Positions 51,110 through 60,128 of a DNA stretch of 64,000 nt are shown piece by piece. The DNA comes from Polyangiaceae bacterium (GTDB lineage Bacteria > Myxococcota_A > Polyangia > Polyangiales > Polyangiaceae): positions 816,334 to 880,333 of the forward strand of contig JAXLYR010000002.1 in NCBI GenBank assembly GCA_046351325.1, given 5' to 3'. The position numbers and the translations under genes are program-made. Positions within the stretch are counted from its first letter, which is position 1. The number at the start of each line of letters is the position of its first letter. A model generated the notes under the pieces. It was not told where the DNA came from, made no database searches, and saw only the letters and a program-made list of their open reading frames with translations.

Positions 51110-52033
51110 GAGCCACCCCGATGCGAGAGCAAGAGCACCGTGACGAGGAGCGCGAGGCCCAGCGCGACCGCGATCGCGATGCGCACCGGCGAGAGCGGGG
51201 CCTTGCCGTGGACCGCGCCCGTCTGCCCGTTGATGACGAGCCGCACGGGCGGCGCGACCCTCGACCATCGGACAGCGAGGACCCAGATCGGCACGAGCGC
51301 GAGCGAGGTGTGCTCTTCGGTCAAGGTGGGCCGCTCGCGGACCTCGCGCTGGGTGTCACCGGGCATCATGCGACGAACGCGCTTGCCGACGTCGGCGGCC
51401 GCGGAGCTCCGCGCTGCGCGGGTCCCCGCCGCCGCGTCGATCCCGGGCTCCTCGGTGGGCCAGCCGACGACGTGGCTCGGCTCTACAGCGACGCAGCGCG
51501 CGAAGGTCGAAGGGCTCGATCCCGGAGAGCTCCGCTGGCGCGAGCCCGCGCGAGGCGCTCACGAGGACGTCGCGCACGACGCCCGCCCACGGCCCCGCGA
51601 GCCGTCGCCACTCCGTGCGCGTCACCGTCCGCTTCTCGAGCGAAGTTCGCCCGTTTTCTTTAACGGTGTATGTCTCTTCTTCTTGGTAGTTCTCGCCGAT
51701 CTCCGCCGCGTACGTGGCCCGCGCGACGGCCGTGTAGAGCCAGACGGGCAGGTACAATCCTGTCAGCGCTTCGAGCGGCGCGCCGCGGATCGCCGCCCGC
51801 GCGAAGGGCCCGCGTGACTCGGTCCAGCGCCGCGCGAGGTCGCGCGCCCGCGGGTCGGTGACCGTGAACGGCACGACGAACTCGGGCTCGAGCTCGGTCG
51901 AGGCGGCCGGGCGAACGAGCACGTGAGGGCTCGCGCAGTAAGGACAGCGGGCCGTCCGCGAGCCTCGAAAGTGCAGCGTCGCGCCACACTCTTCGCAGCC
52001 GAAAGACTCGGCGGGAGCGGTTCGACCAGCCAC
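51106..52033 (-). pseudogene. Frameshifted paralog of the zinc-ribbon protein gene at 50144..51109
   Basis: The N-terminal part (ORF 51356..52033) matches the paralog: FGCEECGATLHF...CPYCAS, VPFTVTDPRARDLARRW, VLVSASRGL. The C-terminal part matches the paralog's C-terminus but is in the +1 frame (ORF 51106..51369: ...VRLVINGQTGAVHGKAPLSPVRIAIAVALGLALLVTVLL). The frames switch at about 51365-51375. Confidence 0.5.
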
Positions 52034-52097
52034 GAAGGAAACGGTAGCGCGCCCTTCCGAAAAATAAACGCGCCGGCTCGAACTCTGCGGCGTTTGT

Positions 52098-52967
52098 TTA
52101 GCGGAGCCACGTCGACAGGCTGAGGTCGAGCCGGCTCTCTACCAGCCCGAGGAGCTCGCTCACCCCGTGTTCGTCCGTCTTCAAGCGATCCTTCAGCGCG
52201 GTCGTCGTCGCGCGGAGCACGCGCTCTCTCGCGCGCGCCAGGTGCCGCACGACGGTGGCTCGGTGCTGGCCGTACATGCGCGCGAGCTCCTCGAGCGTGA
52301 GCCCATCGACGAGGTGCAAGCGCAGGAGGTTGCGTTCGTGCGGGTCGAGCGCTTCGACCGCCGCGCGGAAGGCCACCTTGAACGCCGCCCTGTACTCCTC
52401 TTTGACGAGCGCGAGCTCGGGATCGAGCGCCGCGGGTTGGACGTCGTTCGAGGCCTGCTCGCGCGCGGCTCGTCGCTCTTCGCCGCGGAGGAGCTCGAGC
52501 GCGACGCGGTTCGCTGTGACCGACACGAGCCCGCGGAGCGCGCCGCGCGAGGCATAGCGAGCGACGCGCGGGACGCCGTCTTCCCCAGGCGACAGCAGCC
52601 GATCGAGCGTGCGCTGCGCGGCGTCCTCGGTGGTCGCAGCGTCGAGCTTCATGTGCGCGATCGCTCCGCGCGCGCCGTCGAGGACCAGCTTCGCGAACAC
52701 GACGCGCGCGGCCTCCACGCCGCGGCCGCACGCGAGCGCCAGCGCGACGTCGCGCGCAGCGTCCGCTTCGAGCGTGAACGGGGAGGTCGCGTCGGGGTGC
52801 TCGGCGAGGGCGCGCGCGAGCTCCTCACGGCTCAGCCCTCCGGAGCCGATCCACGAGGGATCCGCCGCGGCGACGAGCTCTTCGAGGTGCACCTCGAGCT
52901 CCTCGCGCGAGCTCGCTTGGGCGCTCGGCCGAACCTCGAGGAACACGTCGGCGAGCGGCGTAGCCAT
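52098..52967 (-). CDS. RNA polymerase sigma-70 family factor (ECF-like) with extended N-terminal region
   Basis: Region 4 HTH LDPHERNLLRLHLVDGLTLEELARMYGQHRATVVRHLARARERV and a region-2-like segment. Divergent from a zinc-finger-anti-sigma-like kinase gene. Confidence 0.7.
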   Translation of the reverse strand: MATPLADVFLEVRPSAQASSREELEVHLEELVAAADPSWIGSGGLSREELARALAEHPDATSPFTLEADAARDVALALACGRGVEAARVVFAKLVLDGARGAIAHMKLDAATTEDAAQRTLDRLLSPGEDGVPRVARYASRGALRGLVSVTANRVALELLRGEERRAAREQASNDVQPAALDPELALVKEEYRAAFKVAFRAAVEALDPHERNLLRLHLVDGLTLEELARMYGQHRATVVRHLARARERVLRATTTALKDRLKTDEHGVSELLGLVESRLDLSLSTWLR

Positions 52968-53002
52968 GCGGCCCGATTCTATGGGATAGGAGGAGCACCG
53001 CG

Positions 53003-55539
53003 ATGAAGAACCCCGCGTCGTCGAGCTGCCTCGACGACCTGACGATCCTCGATCTGCTCGCGGGAGTGCTCGCCGCCGAGGACGTGCGCGCCGCCGACGC
53101 GCACCTCGATTCGTGCGAGCGATGCAGGGCGATCGTGTCGGGTGCAGCGCGCGGCCAAAGGGACGCTGCGACAGCCGCGTCGGGGCCCGAGCGCACCGAC
53201 CCGCAGCTCGAGCCGTTCGCGGTCGGCGACCGCGTCGGTCGCTTCGTGGTGCTCGGCCCCGCGGGCCGCGGTGCGATGGGCATCGTCTACGCCGCGCACG
53301 ATCCCGAGCTCGATCGGCGCGTCGCGCTCAAGGTCGTCGCGGCCCCGACCGACGACGGCGCCTCGAACGACAGGCTCCTCGCCGAGGCTCGCGCGATGGC
53401 GAAGCTCGCGCACCCGAACGTCGTCACCGTCTTCGATGTCGTCGCGCTCGAGGGTGAGGTCGTCCTCGCGATGGAGCTCGTCGAGGGCGAGACGCTGCGC
53501 GAGCACGCGGCGCGCCTGCGCGGCGGCGACGAGCGCCGCATCCTGCGCGCCTTCATCGAGGCAGGTCGCGGGCTCGCGGCGCTCCACGACGCGGGCATCG
53601 TGCACCGTGACTTCAAGCCCGAGAACGTCCTCGTCGGTCGGGACGAGCGCGTGCGCATCGCGGACTTCGGCTTCGCCCTCGCGGACGGGCTCTCGGCAGG
53701 GGCCACGCGCGCCGGCACCCCGGCATACATGGCCCCCGAGGTTCTCGATGGCGCCACGGCCGATGCGCGCTCCGACCAGTTCTCGTTCGCGGTCGCGCTC
53801 TACGAGGCGGTCACCGGCGAGCGGCCCTTCGCAGGGGACACTGTCGCGGCGCTCTCGCGCGCGATCACCTCGGGCGACGGCCCCGCGCGCACGCGGCTGC
53901 CGGGGCTCACCGCGCGCGTGTCCGCCGCCGTCCTGCGCGCGCTCTCTCCCAAGCCTGCGCGCCGGCACGCGAGCATGCACGCCCTCGTCGCGGAGCTCGA
54001 TCACGAGGCGCGCGATCGCGCGCGGGGCTTCAGCATGGGCGTCGCCATCGCGAGCTTGCTCGCGCTCCTCGCGGGCGCGGTCATCGTCTCGATGCGCGTG
54101 CGGCGCGCGCCGACCGACCCCGCAGCGGCGAGCTGCGACGGCGGTCGCCGCGCGGCCGACGGCGTGTGGAGCGACGCGCAGAAGGGCGCGCTTCGCGACG
54201 GGCTCGCCGCCGCTCTGCCTGCCGGTGCGGCTGCAGCCGACGTCGTCGTCGCTGCGTTCGACGCCTGGTCTCGAGCGTGGATCGACGCGCGCGACGGCGC
54301 GTGTCAGGGCCGGCGCGCAGGCGAGCGAAGTCAAGAAGAACTGGACGCGACGCTCTCGTGCCTCGATCGCGAGCTGCGCGAGGTCGACGGCCTCGTCACG
54401 CGGATCTCGAGGTCGGATTCGATCGGCGCGGCGCGCGCGCCCGAGCTCGTGCGCGCGGCGCTGCCCGACGTCGATCGCTGCGTCGATCCGAGCGCGCTCG
54501 TGATCCCACCCGCGGGCAGCTTGGATCGCGCGCTCTACGACAAGGCCTACGCCTCGATGGCGGACGCGCGCGCGGCGCTCGTGGTTGCCGACATGGAGAG
54601 CGCAGCGTCGGCGGCGCGCGTCGCGATCTCTCGCGCGGCCGAGCTCGGTGATCTCGTCGTCCTCTCCGAAGCGCTGACCCTCGCCGCGCGCGTCGAGCGC
54701 GACGCGGGCGCCCTCGATCTCGCCGAGGAGCACGCGTCACGCGCGGTCTTCGTCGCCGAGCGCGCGCACGACGACGAGCGCGCGGCGCGCGCGTGGGTCG
54801 CGCTCGTCACGGTGTACGGCGCGCGGGCCGAGTGGGCGCGCGCCAGAGAGACCGCGCGCTTCGCCGAGGCCGCGCTCGATCGCGCGGCCCTCTTCGGCGA
54901 GGTTCGCGCCGATTTCTACGAGGCGCTCGGCACCGTCGAGGTCGGCGGCGGCGACCCGCTCCTCGCCGAGGACGCCCTCTACGAGGCGCTCGCGAGCGCG
55001 CCCGACGCCGATCCGCTTCGACGCGCCCGCGTGCTCTCGGGCCTCGGCGGCGCGGCTCGCCTCGCGGGTGCTCTCGACGACGCGCTCGCGCTGCTCGACG
55101 ACGCGCTGGAGCTCGATCGCGCGAGCCTCGGCGCCGAACACCCTGCCGTGGGCCGCGATCTCCACAACAGGGCAGGGGTGCTCAAGCTGCTCGGGCGCCG
55201 CCGCGAGGCCCTCGACGACTACCGGCAGGCCCTCCGCATCAAGTCCGCTGCGCTCGGAGCGGAGCACCCCGACGTCGCGCTCACTTACAACAGTGTAGGT
55301 CTGTTCTACGCCGAACAGGGTGACCTCCCGAGGCGCGCGCGGCGTACGAGCGCGCGCTCGCGATCTTCACGCGGAGCTCGAGCGCGAACGCCGAGCTCGT
55401 GCGCGCGAACCTCGCGGCCCTCGAAACGAAGGGCAGCGAAGCCTCGGGCCAAACGCGGCCGCGCGTGCCCACCTCCACGCCGCCGCGCGCCGAGCGCCCC
55501 GTCTCGAACCCTTACGCCCCCACTCCTGCATGGCCCTGA
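53003..55539 (+). CDS. Ser/Thr protein kinase with N-terminal anti-sigma-type zinc finger (HC2-like), TM helix and C-terminal TPR repeats. A probable single-base frame change near 55327.
   Basis: Zinc finger CLDD...HLDSCERCRA. Kinase motifs ALKVV, HRDFKPENVLV, DFGFA, APE. TM helix VAIASLLALLAGAVIV. After ...GLFYAEQGDLP the ORF-track frame becomes Arg/Ser-rich nonsense, whereas the +1 frame continues the TPR sequence (EARAAYERALAIFTRSSSANAELVRANLAALETKG...PAWP*) to a stop at 55537..55539. The shift falls at a CCC run (ctcccgagg). Confidence 0.7.
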
Positions 55540-56630
55540 GCGACGTCCCGCAGGCCGCCGACGCGCTCGTCCGCGCGAGCCGCGCAGTCGCCTTGCTCAC
55601 GCACTTTGCGCCGGCGAACTTCGAGGCCGAGGTCGAGCGCCTCACGGAGCTCTTCGCGGCCGGTGGCGCGGACGCGCCCGCGTTCGTCTACAACGAGCCT
55701 CCTCGCGATCTCGGTGAGCTCCGCGGCGAGCTCGAGCACCTCGCGCGCGCGCTCGATCGCATGGGCGTCCTCGGTCGGCTCTACGCGGAGCGCGCGAACG
55801 AGATCGCGCTCGAAGCTGCGGTCGCCGAGGCGCGCGAGACCCCGGCGCTCTGCGCGCTGGCCATCGCTCGGTTCGGCGCGCGCGAGGCCGACCTCCCGAG
55901 CGCCGACGCGCTCGCGCGTGCGTGGCTCTCGACCGCGTCGCTCGATGATCGCGAGCCCGACGCCGGCGAGGCGCGCGTCCTCAGCGACGACCTCGACGAT
56001 CCACGCAGTCTCCTCCGCCGGCTGCGCGGTGAGCTCGAGGCCCGCGGCGTCGAGGTCCGCGTCCAGGTCGCGCGCTCGCTCGTGCCGCTCGCGGCCGTGG
56101 GCGAGGGCATGATCTTCGTCGCGCCCGCTCGGTCGATGACCATCGAAGACGTCGAGCGCACCGTCCTGCACGAGGTCGAAGGCCACGTTCTGCCGTCGGT
56201 CCGCGCGCGCATGGAGCCCGTCGGGCTCGGCCGCGCCGGCAGCGCGCGCGGCGCCGACACCCAGGAGGGGCTCGCGCTCCTCTTCGAAGAACGGCACGGC
56301 TTCCTGCGTGGCCGTCGGCGCGTCGAGCTCGCGGCGCGGCACCTCGCCTCACGCGGCGTCCACGAGGGGCGCGACTTCATCGAGCTCGTGCGCGAGCTCG
56401 TCGCGACCGGCGTGAGCGTGGCCCTCGCGGTGCGCTCGACCGCGCGCGCCTTTCGCGGCGGCGGCCTCGGTCGGGAGGCCACCTACTTGCCCGCGTTCAT
56501 CACCGTCGAGCGCGTGCTCGCGGCCTCGTCACGCGCCGACGCGCTGGAGGCCGCGCTCGCCCGGGGTCGGTTGTCGCTCGAGGCCGTGCGCGTCCTCGAG
56601 GACCTCGCCGCAGGCGAGCCGGCCGGCTGA
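55530..56630 (+). CDS. DUF1704 / flavohaemoglobin-expression-modulating QEGLA-motif family protein
   Basis: Start relocated to ATG 55530 (MALSDVPQAAD). Conserved motifs HEVEGHV and the QEGLA signature (ADTQEGLALLFEE). Confidence 0.75.
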   Translation: MALSDVPQAADALVRASRAVALLTHFAPANFEAEVERLTELFAAGGADAPAFVYNEPPRDLGELRGELEHLARALDRMGVLGRLYAERANEIALEAAVAEARETPALCALAIARFGAREADLPSADALARAWLSTASLDDREPDAGEARVLSDDLDDPRSLLRRLRGELEARGVEVRVQVARSLVPLAAVGEGMIFVAPARSMTIEDVERTVLHEVEGHVLPSVRARMEPVGLGRAGSARGADTQEGLALLFEERHGFLRGRRRVELAARHLASRGVHEGRDFIELVRELVATGVSVALAVRSTARAFRGGGLGREATYLPAFITVERVLAASSRADALEAALARGRLSLEAVRVLEDLAAGEPAG

Positions 56631-58694
56631 TCAACAACCCTTGAGGCAGATGAATCGCTTGGTGAACGAGCTCGACGAAGCGTCGTAGGTCGACTGGAGC
56701 TTGCCGCCGGGCGCCTTGCTCAAATAGCGGAAGAAGGCCTCGATCTGCTTGTACTCGGTGTTGTCGCCGCGCGGCAGGATCGCGTCGACCAAGGCGAGCG
56801 GGTCACCGGCGGCGTCCTTGATGGTTACACCCGCGTCCGTCGCGAACTGGCCAATATAGCTCGACGTTACAAAGCTGTAAGACCTCGTCGGGTCGCCGAT
56901 CCCGGCCTCGCGGTCGAAGATGACCTCGTCGAATTGCTCGTATCCATCCGTGTGGTCGGTGTCGAGCGACATGCGCATGACCTTGCCTTTGTCGGGGTTC
57001 ACGAGATCGGCGAGCGACGTCGCGGGTGGCCGCGTCGCGTCGTATTCGACCTTCACCCCGGCGAAGCCGATGTCGTAGTCGCTGTTGTTCGGGTCGCGCG
57101 CCAGCGCGAACTCCGCGACGCCGCGGAGCTCGATCTCGAGCACGTAGCCGCGGATCAGCGGGTAGCCGATCGAGCCGTCGACGGGGCTCGACCCGAGCGG
57201 CACCACGTTGAACGCGTCGGCCGCGCTGATCGTCCCCGTCTTGCCCTTCTTGAGGACCGACCGGATCACGCCGGCCGACTCGACGGCCAGGTCGGTCTGA
57301 GGACCTGCCGTGATGACCGCGTAGTCGTCGGCCTGCGAGAGCATCGCGTCGGCCGACAGCCAGACGAGGGCGTGCGTGTCTTCGACGTCGAAGTCCGTCG
57401 CGCCGACGGGGTGGAAATACAGATCGCCAGCGTCTTGCGGGTCGTTCGAGATCGATTGCTCCAAGCTGCTCGACAGGAGGTGCGCGAGCTCCGAGCCGCC
57501 CGGGCCCGAGCTCGCCTCTTCGATGCCCTCGACGTAGCCGCCGATGGTCGCGCCGACCTCGGGGTCGGGGATCGTCGTGTCGTCGACCGGGACGAGCGCC
57601 TGCGTGGTCGTGTCCCACGTGACATTCTTGTCAGCGTCGATGGTGAGCTCGACACGCCCGACCTCGATGCCGAACGCTCCGGCGTTGAGCACGAGGCACG
57701 GCGCATTCGTCGACTTGTTCGTGCGCTGGATGGGCTTCGGATCGTGGTTGTGAGCGTGCCCGCTGATGATGAGGTCGATGCCCGAGACGTTGTCGCAGAT
57801 CTGCGTGTCCTCGCCGGCCTCGAGCCCGGCCTCGGTGGCGCTGTCGTTGATCCCGCCGTGCGCCATCGCGATGACGACGTCGACCTTCTCCGTGTCGCGG
57901 AGCTCGTCCACGATCGGCTGCAGATCGGCGTAGAGCGACGGCAGCCCTGCCTGGACGTCGCCGTCCGTCTCGAAGTTCGCGGGCCGCACCGAGAACTCGA
58001 CCGAGCCCTTGTTCGGCGCGACGTGCGCCGCGTTGATCCCCACGTAGCCGACGAGCCCGACCTTGATGCCGCCCTCCGTCGTGATCACGCGGTAGGGGTG
58101 GATGGGTTTGTCGTCGGTGACGTCTTCGCTGAAGTAGCCGGCGAGCGCGTCGTCGTCGCTCGCGTCGGCCGAGAAGTGGATGTTCGAGGCGACGATCGGC
58201 GGCAGGCCCGAGCCCGCGAGCGCGGCCTCGATCGAGTTCGAAAGCGGGCCGGGACCGAAGTCGAACTCGTGGTTGCCGAAGGTCGTCGCGTCGTAGCCGA
58301 GGGCCTTCATCGTGCCGTAGTCGATCGACGCCGACTGGAACGCGAGGTGCGGCAGGCAGCCCATTTGGTTGTCGCCCGCCGAGAGCAGGATGCTGTCCTT
58401 CTTCGCGTCCTTCGCGGCCTGCCGCTCCTTCGCCAGCACAGCCGCGCGGCGCGCGACGCCACCGACGAGGTCGCCGCTCCCCGCGGTCGTGGCCTCGGGG
58501 TCGTCGTCGAGCTCGGGGCTGAACGCGAAGAGGTGCGAGTGCTCGTCCGAGGTGAACAGCACGACCAGGTGTTTGTCGGTCGAGGGAGCCCCGCCCTCAC
58601 CCGTGTCGTCGCCGCACGCGGGTAGGACGGTGAGGCTCGGCGCGGCGAGCAGCAACAGCAACGAAGCGGTGAGGATCGGTTTTCGGTGAAGCAT
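56631..58694 (-). CDS. Bifunctional metallophosphatase/5'-nucleotidase (UshA-like) lipoprotein
   Basis: Signal/lipobox LLLLLAAPSLTVLPACGDD from ATG 58694. Calcineurin-like phosphoesterase motifs (FTSDEHSH, GDN, GNHEFD, GHAH) and a C-terminal 5'-nucleotidase domain. Confidence 0.8.
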   Translation of the reverse strand: MLHRKPILTASLLLLLAAPSLTVLPACGDDTGEGGAPSTDKHLVVLFTSDEHSHLFAFSPELDDDPEATTAGSGDLVGGVARRAAVLAKERQAAKDAKKDSILLSAGDNQMGCLPHLAFQSASIDYGTMKALGYDATTFGNHEFDFGPGPLSNSIEAALAGSGLPPIVASNIHFSADASDDDALAGYFSEDVTDDKPIHPYRVITTEGGIKVGLVGYVGINAAHVAPNKGSVEFSVRPANFETDGDVQAGLPSLYADLQPIVDELRDTEKVDVVIAMAHGGINDSATEAGLEAGEDTQICDNVSGIDLIISGHAHNHDPKPIQRTNKSTNAPCLVLNAGAFGIEVGRVELTIDADKNVTWDTTTQALVPVDDTTIPDPEVGATIGGYVEGIEEASSGPGGSELAHLLSSSLEQSISNDPQDAGDLYFHPVGATDFDVEDTHALVWLSADAMLSQADDYAVITAGPQTDLAVESAGVIRSVLKKGKTGTISAADAFNVVPLGSSPVDGSIGYPLIRGYVLEIELRGVAEFALARDPNNSDYDIGFAGVKVEYDATRPPATSLADLVNPDKGKVMRMSLDTDHTDGYEQFDEVIFDREAGIGDPTRSYSFVTSSYIGQFATDAGVTIKDAAGDPLALVDAILPRGDNTEYKQIEAFFRYLSKAPGGKLQSTYDASSSSFTKRFICLKGC

Positions 58695-58806
58695 CGCGGT
58701 CAGTCTAGCTTTCCTCGGGCGCTCCGCGCCTGGAGAGAACTCGGCTCGACGCTTCATTTACAGGATTGTAGGCGACTCGATCGCGAGGACGGCTCACGAG
58801 GGCGCC

Positions 58807-59664
58807 TCACGAGGACGGCTCTCGCTCCTCGCGATCCTTCGTCGCCACGCTCGCGAGCGCCTCGGCGAGCGCCGCGTCGTCTTCATCGGCCGCGGCGCGC
58901 TCGAGCACCACGCGCAGCGCGGGTGAGACGGTCTCGCTCGCGGCGACGCGCAGCCGCGCGCGGCCTGCTTCATCGAGGGTCTTCGCGAGCGCGACTGCGG
59001 CGGCGGCACGCGTCGCACCCAGCGCGGCCGGGTCCTCGACGGTGCTCCACAGTTGATCGAGCGGCACGGCCTGCGTCCGCGCGTCGTCGCTCGCGCCCGA
59101 GCCGATCACGCGGAGCCTCGTGACCCACGCGTCGGCGGACTCACCCGCGCAGTCGAGCGCGCGCGCGTCGCTCGCGTGCTCGCTCTGCCGGTACTCGGCG
59201 AGCGCAGCGGTGAGGTCCGCGACGAGGGCCGCGACCCGATCGCCCGCGCCGAGGTGGTCTTGCCCGAAGGGGATGTCGACGACCTCGCCCGAGGTCAAGG
59301 TGACGTTGATCCCGACGTAGACCTTGGTGGCGCGCGCTTGGGTGTAGCGGCGTAGCTTCTCGACGTCGGCGAACCGCACGAAGCGGCGCTCGTCACGCCA
59401 GTCGATGAAGAGCCCGTCTTTGCCGATGCGGACCGAGCCTCTCAGGCTGAAGTAGGTGACCGCAAAGGCCACCATCGCGACGACGCTCGCAGGGAATATC
59501 CAGCTCGCCAGCTGACGCTTGAGGAGGATGGGAAGCAGCACCACCGCGACAAAGAACCACACGAAGAATGCGCCGATGAAGTAGCGCTGCGCGTTCGACC
59601 GCTCGCGAAGGGCGCCTCGCCCGATCGAGTGGCGGCGCATCCTCACGGTGGCCTTGGCGATCAC
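58807..59664 (-). CDS. Membrane protein, paralog of the protein at 48264..49676 (hypothetical)
   Basis: Two TM helices (FIGAFFVWFFVAVVLLPILL and VVAMVAFAVTYF). Its C-terminal half aligns with the 48264..49676 product. Confidence 0.55.
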   Translation of the reverse strand: MIAKATVRMRRHSIGRGALRERSNAQRYFIGAFFVWFFVAVVLLPILLKRQLASWIFPASVVAMVAFAVTYFSLRGSVRIGKDGLFIDWRDERRFVRFADVEKLRRYTQARATKVYVGINVTLTSGEVVDIPFGQDHLGAGDRVAALVADLTAALAEYRQSEHASDARALDCAGESADAWVTRLRVIGSGASDDARTQAVPLDQLWSTVEDPAALGATRAAAAVALAKTLDEAGRARLRVAASETVSPALRVVLERAAADEDDAALAEALASVATKDREEREPSS

Positions 59665-60122
59665 GCGTCGCCGTCGCTCGTCGCTCGATCGGCGAGCTCG
59701 TTGCCCGCGGTGTCTTTGCCCGGCGCCGCCAGGCTCAAGATGGGTTGGAGGAGCCCCAAGGCCTCGACGACCCCGCCCAGGACGTCACCTTGCTTCGCGC
59801 GCTCTGCGACGGCGTCCGTGACGGATTGCCAGAACGTCGGCTCGCCCGCGCCATAGACGCCAGCGCCCGCGTATACGCTTACCTTCTTGTCACTGGACGC
59901 TACGTAGAGCACGACTGTCGTGTCGTCCTTCGTCCTTGGCAGCTTGCTCGCGTAGTCACGCGCGGCGGCCACGGGGTCGCCCGCGCAGCGTCGCGCGAAG
60001 TGGACGACGATCTCGGCGCGGTGTCCCTCTTCGGCACGACGAATGGCGGAGACGAGACGTGCCTCTTCTTCTTGCGACAGCATCGATCCGTGGAGCGTAC
60101 GCCACGCTCGAGGCGATAGCAT
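59661..60122 (-). CDS. TPM (TLP18.3/Psb32/MOLO-1)-domain protein, small soluble form
   Basis: LSQEEEARLVSAIRRAEEGHRAEIVVHFARR...TTVVLYVASSDKKVSVYAGAGVY. The true start may be ATG 60083. Confidence 0.6.
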   Translation of the reverse strand: MLSPRAWRTLHGSMLSQEEEARLVSAIRRAEEGHRAEIVVHFARRCAGDPVAAARDYASKLPRTKDDTTVVLYVASSDKKVSVYAGAGVYGAGEPTFWQSVTDAVAERAKQGDVLGGVVEALGLLQPILSLAAPGKDTAGNELADRATSDGDA

Positions 60123-60128
60123 CGACGC

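Noticed and set aside
50150-51817. 555-aa plus-strand ORF opposite the zinc-ribbon paralogs
   Set aside because: It is an antisense artefact, Arg/Asp-rich with no motifs.
55320-55529. ATG 55320 as the start of the QEGLA gene
   Set aside because: The first 70 codons are Arg/Ala-rich nonsense lying over the true kinase 3' end. The start is moved to ATG 55530.
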